A DNA stretch of 64,000 bases, taken from contig CBDBGH010000003.1 in assembly GCA_965205265.1 (NCBI GenBank), forward strand, positions 2,176,001 through 2,240,000. The letters run 5' to 3'. The notes under the pieces were generated by a model. That model saw only the letters and a program-made list of their open reading frames with translations, made no database searches and was not told the DNA's origin. The position numbers and the translations under genes were made by a program. This document shows positions 1 to 8,129 of this stretch, piece after piece (the stretch's first letter is position 1; each line of letters starts with the position of its first letter). The stretch comes from Alphaproteobacteria bacterium (GTDB lineage: Bacteria > Pseudomonadota > Alphaproteobacteria > Bin95).

Positions 1-152
1 AAGGGAATGGCGAGCGTGACGCCCAGCAGCGGCCCGAGGCCCGGCAGCACGCCCACGATGATGCCGAGCACGAGGCCGATCAGCAGCGCGCCCACCTGCG
101 CCAGCCCGACAAGGCCGCCCAGCTCCGCCAGGAGCGCGCCGAACTCGGCCAT
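1..152 (-). CDS. tctA: Tripartite tricarboxylate transporter permease TctA, 5' part (runs off window)
   Basis: Manual translation MAEFGALLAELGGLVGLAQVGALLIGLVLGIIVGVLPGLGPLLGVTLAIP has the TctA GxxPGLG motif; ATG overlaps the tctB stop. Confidence 0.85.
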   Translation of the reverse strand, partial: MAEFGALLAELGGLVGLAQVGALLIGLVLGIIVGVLPGLGPLLGVTLAIP

Positions 153-748
153 CAGGGGCTGATTCCCCTGAGCAGCCCCTCCGGCAGCACGATGTTCACG
201 CCATAGCGGAAGAAGACGAAAATGGCGGCCGTGAAGGCGACGGCCGCATGCAGGACCCCGCGTCCGCCGGTAATACGCAGCAGCACGCCGACGGCCAGCG
301 GCGTTGCCAGCAGGAAACCCAGCGGTTCGAGCAGGAGCGTGTAGAGCAGGAGGACCGCGAAGGAGAGGGCGGCGCGGACCTTGCCGCCGCCCTGCCCCTC
401 TGCGCCGGCGGCGGGCGGAGTCGCTGCCCGCGCCGCCCGCCATTTCCAGAGCGCGCGAGCGGCAAGCGCCAGGCCGAGCGCCATGGTGAGGCCCGCAAGC
501 AGGCGCGGATAGCCGGCCGCGTCGATGCCGCCGCCGACCCGCTCCGACGCCGTGACGGAGAACGAGAAGGTCTCCCGGAAGAGCCAGGCGCCGAGGCCCA
601 CGCTCGCAAGGCTGGCGGCGAGATCGGTCCGCCAGCCGGGCTCCCGTTCCGGTTCCGCGCCGGAATGCGTATCGGACTGCGGTTCAGCCACCGGCTGCAG
701 AGGCTCCCGGCGGAACCGGACCGGACCGCCCACCGTCGCCCCGGCCAC
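152..748 (-). CDS. tctB: Tripartite tricarboxylate transporter TctB family protein (true start may be GTG near 691)
   Basis: About 4 hydrophobic segments, YP motif, LGF and C-terminal LPEG motifs; lies between tctC and tctA. Confidence 0.85.
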   Translation of the reverse strand: MAGATVGGPVRFRREPLQPVAEPQSDTHSGAEPEREPGWRTDLAASLASVGLGAWLFRETFSFSVTASERVGGGIDAAGYPRLLAGLTMALGLALAARALWKWRAARAATPPAAGAEGQGGGKVRAALSFAVLLLYTLLLEPLGFLLATPLAVGVLLRITGGRGVLHAAVAFTAAIFVFFRYGVNIVLPEGLLRGISP

Positions 749-764
749 GCCGCGCTCCCCGCTC

Positions 765-899
765 CGTCATGCCGGAACGCCCCCCTTCGATTAGCTCAGG
801 ACAGGCTCTTCCGTCATGCCCGGACTTGTTCCGGGCATCTCTGTCCACTACCTCCGCCAAGCGCCCGCATGGATGCCCGGAACAAGTCCGGGCATGACG
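765..899. repeat. Cluster of CGTC-type palindromic repeats (REP-like)
   Basis: Perfect 28-bp inverted repeat CGTCATGCCCGGACTTGTTCCGGGCATC at 812-839 / 872-899 with 32-bp spacer; preceded by a degenerate CGTCATGCCGGAA unit containing CCCTTCGATTAGCTCAGGACAGGC. Confidence 0.9.
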
Positions 900-962
900 A
901 CGAAGAGGGCCGGGGTAACGGGGATAGCCCGGTTTGCAAGTCAACTCGGCCGGTCCCCCGCC

Positions 963-1949
963 CTACTCCTTCTTCTCTTTGAGCAGACGCTGGACGGCCG
1001 GCTCCAGAAGCTCCGCAGAACGGGTCCAGAGCGCCCGGAACTCGTCCGGTCCGCTATATTCTATCGGGATGAACTGCGCCGTCATCTTGTCGAGGAATGC
1101 CGGCGTCCGGACGTGCTTGCCGAGCACGGCCCGGAGCTTCTCCAGCGCCGCTTCCGGCGTTCCCGCGGGCGCCACGAGGCCGGCCCAGCCCTGCGAGGTC
1201 TTGCCCCAGCCGATATCCACGCCCTGCTCCTTCGCCGTCGGGAGATGGTCGGCGAAGGAGACCCGGTCGTCGGTCAGCACCGCCAGCGTCCTGATGGCGT
1301 CGCCGAAGATCTTCTCGGCGATCAGCACGCCCGTCGTCGCGTCCAGCGAGCCGTCGAGCAGCGCCTTCACATTGTCCGGCATGCAGCCGTTGAAGGGCAC
1401 GGGCTTGTAGTTTTCGACCCCCGAGGTGCGCAGGAACTCCTCCATCACCATGCGCGGCACCGAAAGCGCGGCGCAAATGCCGACATTCACCGGCCGGTCC
1501 TGGGCGTTCGCCCATGCGACGAAGCTCGCCACGTCGGTCGCCGGGTGGTCGGCGCGCACGGCGAGCGTGAAGGGCAGCGCGATCAGGCCGAAGAGCGGCG
1601 CGAAGTCGTCGTCGTTGTAGCCGATCTCCGGGTTGAAGAGCCGGGCCACGACATGCGGGGCCACCCAGTTGTTGAGCAGCGTGTAGCCGTCTGCCGCCGC
1701 GTTCTTCACCGCCAGCGTGCCGACCGAGCCGGACCCGCCGACGATGTTCTGCACCACGATGGGCTGGCCGAGATCGTCGCTCGCCAGCGAGGCCAGGGTA
1801 CGCATGGCGACGTCCGGGCTGGAGCCGGCCTGCCAGGGCACGACGATGGTGACCGGCTTTTCCGGGAACTCCGCCTGGGCGGGTCCGACGGCGAATGCGG
1901 CCAGAAATGCACAAGCGGCAATACCGAATCTCGCAATGGTCCTGTTCAT
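963..1949 (-). CDS. tctC: Tripartite tricarboxylate transporter substrate-binding protein (Bug/TctC)
   Basis: Signal peptide followed by FPEKPVTIVVPWQAGSSPD, ADGYTLL and PTAKEQG, all typical of TctC; GGAG upstream of ATG 1949. Confidence 0.9.
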   Translation of the reverse strand: MNRTIARFGIAACAFLAAFAVGPAQAEFPEKPVTIVVPWQAGSSPDVAMRTLASLASDDLGQPIVVQNIVGGSGSVGTLAVKNAAADGYTLLNNWVAPHVVARLFNPEIGYNDDDFAPLFGLIALPFTLAVRADHPATDVASFVAWANAQDRPVNVGICAALSVPRMVMEEFLRTSGVENYKPVPFNGCMPDNVKALLDGSLDATTGVLIAEKIFGDAIRTLAVLTDDRVSFADHLPTAKEQGVDIGWGKTSQGWAGLVAPAGTPEAALEKLRAVLGKHVRTPAFLDKMTAQFIPIEYSGPDEFRALWTRSAELLEPAVQRLLKEKKE

Positions 1950-2216
1950 CACATCTCCTCCCCTTGCCCCGGAACGGCAGGCGCGGACGGAGAGCCCAAG
2001 CCGCGCTCCGTCCCGGCGTCTTCCGGGGATGCTTGCCGAAGGGCGCCAAAGGCGGCCCGATGCGATTAACCGCCGCATGGCGGGCGGGAGTCAAGGCCGG
2101 CCGGCTACGGCGTCTCCCGCTCCAGGCGGTACCACGCGCCGGGATTGCTCCGCGCGAAGACCCCGATCCTCGTTTCCGGGTTCACGACCGCCCCGGACGC
2201 ATGCGGAACCGGGACG

Positions 2217-3989
2217 TTACAGAGCGGCCTCGGCAGGGGCTGCGTCCGACACGACCAATTGGACCGCGCGCCCGCCGCGCCAGTCGTCGGCCCTGAGCGT
2301 CCCGGCCACATGCAGCGCGCGTCCGTCCGTCTCCAGCAGCGCCCGGCCGAGCGGCGTTTCCGCGGCGCGGAAGGCGATGGCCGCAAGCCGCCCGCCGCCG
2401 GCGTCGGCGAGGTCGGCGCGGACATGGTTCCTGCCGACGATGCGGGCATGGCGCGAGCGCACCGCCGGCAGCGCGAAGACGGGCTCCGGATTGCCGCGGC
2501 CGAAGGGCTCGACGGCCGCCAGATGCTCCAGCAGGGCGCCGGATGCCCCCGCAATGGAAAGGCCGGCGTCGATGTCGAGCGGCGGCGCATGCCCCTCAGC
2601 CGGCACCAGCGCGCCCAGCCGTTCGGCGAGGAACGCCTCGAAGGCCGCGCGCTTGCCGATGTCGAGCGTGAAGCCGGCCGCCATGTCGTGGCCGCCGCCC
2701 GCCTCCAGCAGGCCGGCGTCCCGGGCGGCCAGGATCGCCGGGCCTATGGGCGCGCCCGGCACCGAGCGCGCGGAGCCGCGTATCCGGGCACCTTCGAGCG
2801 CGCCGACCAGCGCCGGACGGCGGTAGCGCTCCACCAGGCGGCTCGCAACGATGCCGACGACGCCCGGATGCCAGCCCTCGCCGACCGCCAGCACGAAGGG
2901 CGCGCCTTCCTCCGGCTTCATGGCGAGGGCGGCGGCGAGGACATCCGCCTCGACTTGCCGACGTTCGCCGTTGAGCCGCTCCAGCACCTCCGCGATGCGG
3001 CGCGCTTCCTCCGCATCGCCGGAAGCCAGCAGCCGGGCCCCCAGCCCCGCCTCGCCGACGCGCCCGCCGGCATTGATCCGGGGACCGAGCACGAAGCCCA
3101 GATGGTAGGCGCCCGGCTGCCGCTCGACGCCGGCGGCCGCCAGCAGGGCCGCGATGCCGGGATTGCTCCTGCGCGCCAGCACTTCGAGGCCGCGCGCCAC
3201 GAACGTCCTGTTGAGGCCGGTCAGCTCCATCACGTCGGCGACCGTGCCGAGCGCCACGAGGTCGAGCCACTCGCGCAGGTCCGGCTCCGGGCGGAAGCGG
3301 TAGTGGCCGCGCCGGCGGAGCGCGCGGTTCGCTGCCACGACCAGCAGGAAGACGACCCCGACCGCCGCCAGGCCGCCGAGCTCCCCCGTCTCATCCATGC
3401 GGTTGGGGTTCACCACGGCCAGCGCTTCCGGCAGCCGGGCTTCGGGCAAGTGATGGTCGAGCACGACGCATTCGAGGCCGAGGCCGGCGGCATGGGCGAG
3501 CGGCCCGAAGGCCGTGGTGCCGCAATCGACCAGCAGCACGAGCCGGCGGCCCTCCGCCGCAAACCGGTCGAACGCCGCTTCGTTCGGGCCGTAGCCCTCG
3601 GCGATGCGGTCCGGCACATGGACGCTCGCCTTGCCGCCCGCCGCCTCGAGGAACCGGGCGAGCAGGGCGGCCGAGGTCGCGCCGTCCACATCGTAGTCGG
3701 CGAACACGGCGACGGTCTCGCCGGCCTCGGCCGCGTCGGCGAGCCGCTCGGCCGCCATGTCCATGTCCTTGAGGCAGGAAGGGTCCGGCAGGGTGGTTCG
3801 GAGTTGCGGCCGGAGGAAGGCGGGCGCCGCCTCCGGCGTCACGCCCCGGTTGGCGAGCACGCGCGCGGCGATGTCCGGCAGCCCTTCCCTCTCGGCTATC
3901 GCCGCCGCGGCCCTGGCGTCGCCGGGCCGCTCGCGCCAGGCCCGCCCCCTGAGCGAGCGCGCAACGCCGAGGAAAGGCTCAGCCTCCAT
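2217..3989 (-). CDS. recJ: Single-stranded-DNA-specific exonuclease RecJ
   Basis: DYDVDG, DHH, PRINAGGR, RGSARS and GGHDMAAG motifs. Confidence 0.97.
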   Translation of the reverse strand: MEAEPFLGVARSLRGRAWRERPGDARAAAAIAEREGLPDIAARVLANRGVTPEAAPAFLRPQLRTTLPDPSCLKDMDMAAERLADAAEAGETVAVFADYDVDGATSAALLARFLEAAGGKASVHVPDRIAEGYGPNEAAFDRFAAEGRRLVLLVDCGTTAFGPLAHAAGLGLECVVLDHHLPEARLPEALAVVNPNRMDETGELGGLAAVGVVFLLVVAANRALRRRGHYRFRPEPDLREWLDLVALGTVADVMELTGLNRTFVARGLEVLARRSNPGIAALLAAAGVERQPGAYHLGFVLGPRINAGGRVGEAGLGARLLASGDAEEARRIAEVLERLNGERRQVEADVLAAALAMKPEEGAPFVLAVGEGWHPGVVGIVASRLVERYRRPALVGALEGARIRGSARSVPGAPIGPAILAARDAGLLEAGGGHDMAAGFTLDIGKRAAFEAFLAERLGALVPAEGHAPPLDIDAGLSIAGASGALLEHLAAVEPFGRGNPEPVFALPAVRSRHARIVGRNHVRADLADAGGGRLAAIAFRAAETPLGRALLETDGRALHVAGTLRADDWRGGRAVQLVVSDAAPAEAAL

Positions 3990-4067
3990 GTCCCCGTTGC
4001 AGCATAGGGGCGGGTATCGTTTTTCCGAAGTTCGTACCGCTTCGTCCGGAGCACCCGACTACTCCCG

Positions 4068-4155
4068 CGTCATGCCCGGACTTGTTCCGGGCATCCCTCT
4101 CAACCGTTTCTGCCGGGCGGCTGCATGGATGCCCGGAACAAGTCCGGGCATGACG
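4068..4155. repeat. CGTC-type palindromic repeat, second copy
   Basis: Arms 4068-4095 and 4128-4155 identical to 812-839 / 872-899; 32-bp spacer. Confidence 0.92.
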
Positions 4156-4211
4156 GGATGGAGACACCGGAACGGTCACTTTGCAATGCAACGCATTTCA
4201 GTTTCAGGACG

Positions 4212-5222
4212 CTAGCTGTCCACGGCGTCGAAGCCGGTCTTGCGATCGAAATTGTGCCAGGCCTCGACGGTCCGCACCGTGCCGCTCTTGGAGCGCATGA
4301 TCATGGAGTGCGTGTAGCCGCCGCCCGCGAAACGGCGCACGCCGCGCAGCATGGTGCCGGAGGTCACGCCCGTCGCCGCGAACATCACGTCGCCGCTCGC
4401 GAGCTCCAGCAGGTCGTATTTGCGGTTCAGGTCCTCGATGCCGATACGCTGCGCGCGGGCGCGCTCGTCGTCATTGCGGAACAGCAGCCGGCCCTGGAAC
4501 TGGCCGCCGATGCAGCGCAGCGCCGCCGCCGCCAGCACGCCCTCCGGCGCACCGCCGGAGCCCATATAGATGTCGATGCCGCTGTCGGGCCGCGAGGTCG
4601 CGATGACGCCGGAGACATCGCCGTCCTGGATAAGCTGGATGCGCGAGCCGGCGTCGCGCACCGCGCCGATCAGGTCCTCGTGCCGCGGCCGGTCGAGGAT
4701 GCAGACCACGAGGTCGGCGACCGCCACGCCCTTGGCGCCGGCCAGTGCGGCCAGATTGTCGGCCGGGTTGCGGTCGAGATCGACGACGCCCTCCGGCAGG
4801 TCCGCGCCCACGGCGATCTTGTCCATATAGACGTCCGGCGCATGCAGGAAGCCGCCCTCTTCCGCCATGGCGATGACGGCGAGCGCGTTCGATCCGCCCT
4901 TGGCGGTGATCGTCGTGCCTTCCAGCGGGTCCAGCGCGATGTCGATCTTGGGTCCGCCGGCACCGACCCGCTCGCCGATATAGAGCATCGGCGCCTCGTC
5001 GCGCTCGCCCTCGCCGATCACGACGGTGCCGTCGATGGTCAGGTCGTTCAGCGCGCGGCGCATGGCGTCCACCGCCGCCTGGTCGGCGGCCTTCTCGTCG
5101 CCGCGGCCCATCAGGCGCGAGGCCGCGAGCGCGGCGGCCTCGGTCACGCGCACCGCTTCCAGTGCAAGGTTGCGGTCCATGGCGGCCCTGGCGCTGTCGG
5201 TTGAGGACAATGTGTCTGACAT
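4212..5222 (-). CDS. glpX: Class II fructose-1,6-bisphosphatase
   Basis: VVIGEGERDEAPMLYIGE, DPLEGT, YMDK and GGAPEGV motifs; GGAGGAGG ribosome-binding site upstream. Confidence 0.97.
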   Translation of the reverse strand: MSDTLSSTDSARAAMDRNLALEAVRVTEAAALAASRLMGRGDEKAADQAAVDAMRRALNDLTIDGTVVIGEGERDEAPMLYIGERVGAGGPKIDIALDPLEGTTITAKGGSNALAVIAMAEEGGFLHAPDVYMDKIAVGADLPEGVVDLDRNPADNLAALAGAKGVAVADLVVCILDRPRHEDLIGAVRDAGSRIQLIQDGDVSGVIATSRPDSGIDIYMGSGGAPEGVLAAAALRCIGGQFQGRLLFRNDDERARAQRIGIEDLNRKYDLLELASGDVMFAATGVTSGTMLRGVRRFAGGGYTHSMIMRSKSGTVRTVEAWHNFDRKTGFDAVDS

Positions 5223-5246
5223 CGGGCAGGCCTCCTCCCGGTTTCG

Positions 5247-6536
5247 CTACAGGGCCTCGATGCGGATCGAAAGCGGCGGCTCGGCCACCGCCTCCTGGCG
5301 CGCGATTTCGGCAAGCGCCGCCTTCAGTTCGCGCTCCCCGGTCTCATGGGTAACGATTACGACGGGGACGCGCTCCTCCGGCGCGCGGCCCCGCTGGAGC
5401 ACGGATTCGATGGAAATGCCGTGCGCGCCGAGGCTGGCGGCGACCGACGCGAGCACGCGCGGCCGGTCCACCACCATGAGGCGGATGTAGTAGGCGCCGC
5501 GATGGGCGTCCATCGGCGCCGCCTGCAGGGGCCGGAGCGCCGCGGCCGGCACGCCGAAGGCCGGCGCCCTGTTGCCGCGCGCGATGTCGATGATGTCCGC
5601 GGCGACGGCCGAAGCGGTCGGGCCCGCTCCGGCGCCGGGGCCTTCGAGCACGGCGCGGCCGACCTGGCTGCCCTCGACGACAACGGCGTTGAGCACCCCG
5701 TCCACATGCGCGATCGGCGCCTCGACCGGCACCATGCAGGGATGGACGCGCTGCTCCAGCCCGGCCTCCGACTGCCGTGCGATACCCAGGAGCTTGATCC
5801 GGTAGCCCAGCTCCCCGGCGAAGGCGATGTCGAGCGCGGAGACGCTGCGGATGCCCTCGACATGCACGGCCGCCAGATCGACCTCCACGCCGAAGGCGAG
5901 GCTGGCGAGGATGGCGAGCTTGTGGGCCGCGTCCACGCCGTCGATGTCGAAGCCGGGGTCCGCCTCCGCATAACCCAGGTCCTGGGCTTCCTTCAGCACG
6001 GTCGCGAAGTCCCGCCCCGTGCGGCGCATGTCCGAGAGCATGTAATTGCAGGTGCCGTTAAGAATCCCCATCACGCGCTGGATGTCGTTGCCGGCGAAGC
6101 CCTCGCGCACCGCCTTGATCGCGGGGATGCCGCCCGCGACCGCGGCTTCCCAGCAGAGCGTCGCGCCGGCTGCCTCCGCCGCGCGGGCAAGGTCTGCGCC
6201 GTGATGGGCGAGCAGCGCCTTGTTGGCCGTGACCACATGCCGGCCGGCGCCGAGCGCTGCTTCGCAAACCGCCTTGGCCGGCCCGTCGGAGCCGCCGATC
6301 AGCTCGACCACGACATCGGCGTCGGCGCCGCGCGCCATGGCGATGGCATCGTCGTGCCAGCGATAGCGGTCCAGCGCCACGCCCCGGTCGCGGCCGCGCT
6401 CGCGCGCAGACACATCGACGATCTCTATCCGGCGCCCGGCCCTGAGCTCCAGCAGGTCCGCCTCGCGCTCGACGAGCCGGACGAGGCCGGCGCCGACCGT
6501 GCCGAGACCGGCGACCGCAATCCTGAGCGCCGTCAT
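5247..6536 (-). CDS. hom: Homoserine dehydrogenase with C-terminal ACT domain
   Basis: GLGTVG, VVTANKA, EAAVAGGIP, GILNGTCNY and GYAEADP motifs; start ATG overlaps the alaC stop. Confidence 0.97.
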   Translation of the reverse strand: MTALRIAVAGLGTVGAGLVRLVEREADLLELRAGRRIEIVDVSARERGRDRGVALDRYRWHDDAIAMARGADADVVVELIGGSDGPAKAVCEAALGAGRHVVTANKALLAHHGADLARAAEAAGATLCWEAAVAGGIPAIKAVREGFAGNDIQRVMGILNGTCNYMLSDMRRTGRDFATVLKEAQDLGYAEADPGFDIDGVDAAHKLAILASLAFGVEVDLAAVHVEGIRSVSALDIAFAGELGYRIKLLGIARQSEAGLEQRVHPCMVPVEAPIAHVDGVLNAVVVEGSQVGRAVLEGPGAGAGPTASAVAADIIDIARGNRAPAFGVPAAALRPLQAAPMDAHRGAYYIRLMVVDRPRVLASVAASLGAHGISIESVLQRGRAPEERVPVVIVTHETGERELKAALAEIARQEAVAEPPLSIRIEAL

Positions 6537-7759
6537 CGCGCGGCTCCGGCGGCGCGCCGTTCCGCCTCCCCGGCAAAGGCCTCGGCCTCCGTCAGGAACT
6601 GCCTGACGCCGCGCGCCGCCTGCCGGATGCGCTGCCGGTTCTCCACCAGCGCCAGGCGCACGAACCCCTCGCCATGCTCGCCGAAGCCCACGCCCGGCGA
6701 GACGGCCACCTTCGCCTCGCGCAGCAGCAGCTTGGAGAATTCCAGCGAACCCATGCCGGCCAGCGCCGGCGGCAGCGGCGCCCAGGCGAACATGGTCGCC
6801 GGCGGCGGCGGCACCTCCCAGCCGGCCTGCCCGAAGGCGTCCACCAGCGTGTCGCGCCGCTCCCGATAAAGCGCGCGGACCTCCTCCACGCAGTCCTGCG
6901 GACCGTTCAGCGCCGCGACCGCCGCGACCTGGATCGGCGTGAAGGCGCCGTAATCGAGATAGGACTTCACCCGCGTGAGCGCGCCGACGAGCCGCCGATT
7001 GCCCACACAGAAGCCGACCCTCCATCCCGGCATGGAGTAGGTCTTCGAGAGCGAGGTGAACTCGACGGCTATGTCGCGGGCCCCCGGCACCTGCAGCACG
7101 GAAGGCGGCGGCGCCCCGTCGAACCAGATTTCCGCATAGGCGAGGTCGGAGATGATCCAGATTCCGCGCCGGCGGCAGAAATCGACCACCTCGCCATAGA
7201 AGTCGAGATCGGCCACCTCGGCCGTCGGGTTGGACGGGTAGCTCAGCAGGAGCGCCGTCGGCGGCGGCACGGAATGGCGCGCCGCGCGCTCGAGCTCGGC
7301 CATGAAGTCGTGGTCCGGCCCTACGGGGATATGCCGGGCCGACGCGCCAGCGATGATGAAGCCGTAGGGGTGGATCGGGTAGGACGGATTGGGCACCAGC
7401 ACGATGTCGCCCGGCGAGGAGATCGCCTGGGCGAGATTGGCGAGCCCTTCCTTGGAGCCGAGTGTGACGACCGCTTCCCTTTCGGGGTCGATGTCCACGC
7501 CGAAGCGCCGGCTGTAATAGGCCGAAATTGCCCGGCGCAGCCCCGGTATGCCCCGCGAGGTCGAGTAACGGTGGGCCCGGGGGTCGCGCGCCGTCTCGAT
7601 CATCTTCTCGACGATATGGGGCGGCGTCGGCCGGTCGGGATTGCCCATGCCGAAGTCGATAATGTCTTCGCCGTCGGCGCGGGCGCGGGCCTTCATCTCG
7701 TTCACCTCGGCGAAAAGATAAGGCGGCAGGCGCCGGATTCGGTGGAAGTCGCGGTCCAT
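6533..7759 (-). CDS. alaC: PLP-dependent class I/II aminotransferase (AlaC / LL-diaminopimelate aminotransferase-like)
   Basis: RLPPYLFA, DFGMGNPD, YPSNPT, DLAY and SLSKTYSMPGWRVG motifs; conserved position upstream of hom. Confidence 0.88.
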   Translation of the reverse strand: MDRDFHRIRRLPPYLFAEVNEMKARARADGEDIIDFGMGNPDRPTPPHIVEKMIETARDPRAHRYSTSRGIPGLRRAISAYYSRRFGVDIDPEREAVVTLGSKEGLANLAQAISSPGDIVLVPNPSYPIHPYGFIIAGASARHIPVGPDHDFMAELERAARHSVPPPTALLLSYPSNPTAEVADLDFYGEVVDFCRRRGIWIISDLAYAEIWFDGAPPPSVLQVPGARDIAVEFTSLSKTYSMPGWRVGFCVGNRRLVGALTRVKSYLDYGAFTPIQVAAVAALNGPQDCVEEVRALYRERRDTLVDAFGQAGWEVPPPPATMFAWAPLPPALAGMGSLEFSKLLLREAKVAVSPGVGFGEHGEGFVRLALVENRQRIRQAARGVRQFLTEAEAFAGEAERRAAGAAR

Positions 7760-7813
7760 GGCCTCCGGTCTCCGGAAAGGGGAAGGCGGCGCGTTTATAG
7801 CAAGTGCGCCGCG

Positions 7814-8113
7814 CTATTCCATGCACTTCCCGTCATCGCCGGCCCGGCCCTGCGGACAGGCGCGCCCGGCGTCATGCGCCTTGAGCGCCGCGATGGCGGC
7901 GCGGGACGAACCGGGGCGCGGTTCGGAGGGAACATCGGCGAGATTGGGCCAGGGACGCTCCTGCCGGATGCGTTCTTCGTCCGCCACGCGGCTTTCCCGC
8001 GGCGGCTCGCCCTCCAGCACCGCGCAGCCGGCGAGCAGCACGATCGTTCCGCACTGCGACAATTTTATGCTGCGATGCAACAAAGCGCTCGGCCTATAGT
8101 AGCGGCGGATCAT
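7814..8113 (-). CDS. Putative small lipoprotein (start uncertain, about 8080-8113)
   Basis: Lipobox-like VLLAGC followed by WPNLADVP; fills the gap between the divergent alaC and phaC genes. Confidence 0.45.
   Translation of the reverse strand: MIRRYYRPSALLHRSIKLSQCGTIVLLAGCAVLEGEPPRESRVADEERIRQERPWPNLADVPSEPRPGSSRAAIAALKAHDAGRACPQGRAGDDGKCME
8068..8079. promoter_or_regulatory. Putative PhaR (AniA) binding site upstream of phaC
   Basis: Minus strand reads TGCATCGCAGCA, fitting the TGC-N3-GCA type PhaR box as I recall it; 50 bp upstream of the phaC ATG. Confidence 0.55.
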
Positions 8114-8129
8114 TGCTGGAGGCGGACCC

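Noticed and set aside
812-4155. 28-bp repeats with 32-bp spacers as a CRISPR array
   Set aside because: The repeats are inverted pairs, isolated, with related spacers and no cas genes; this fits REP-like elements
4181-4192. TTGCAATGCAA palindrome as a second PhaR box
   Set aside because: Only a partial match, lying downstream of glpX beside a repeat with no plausible target
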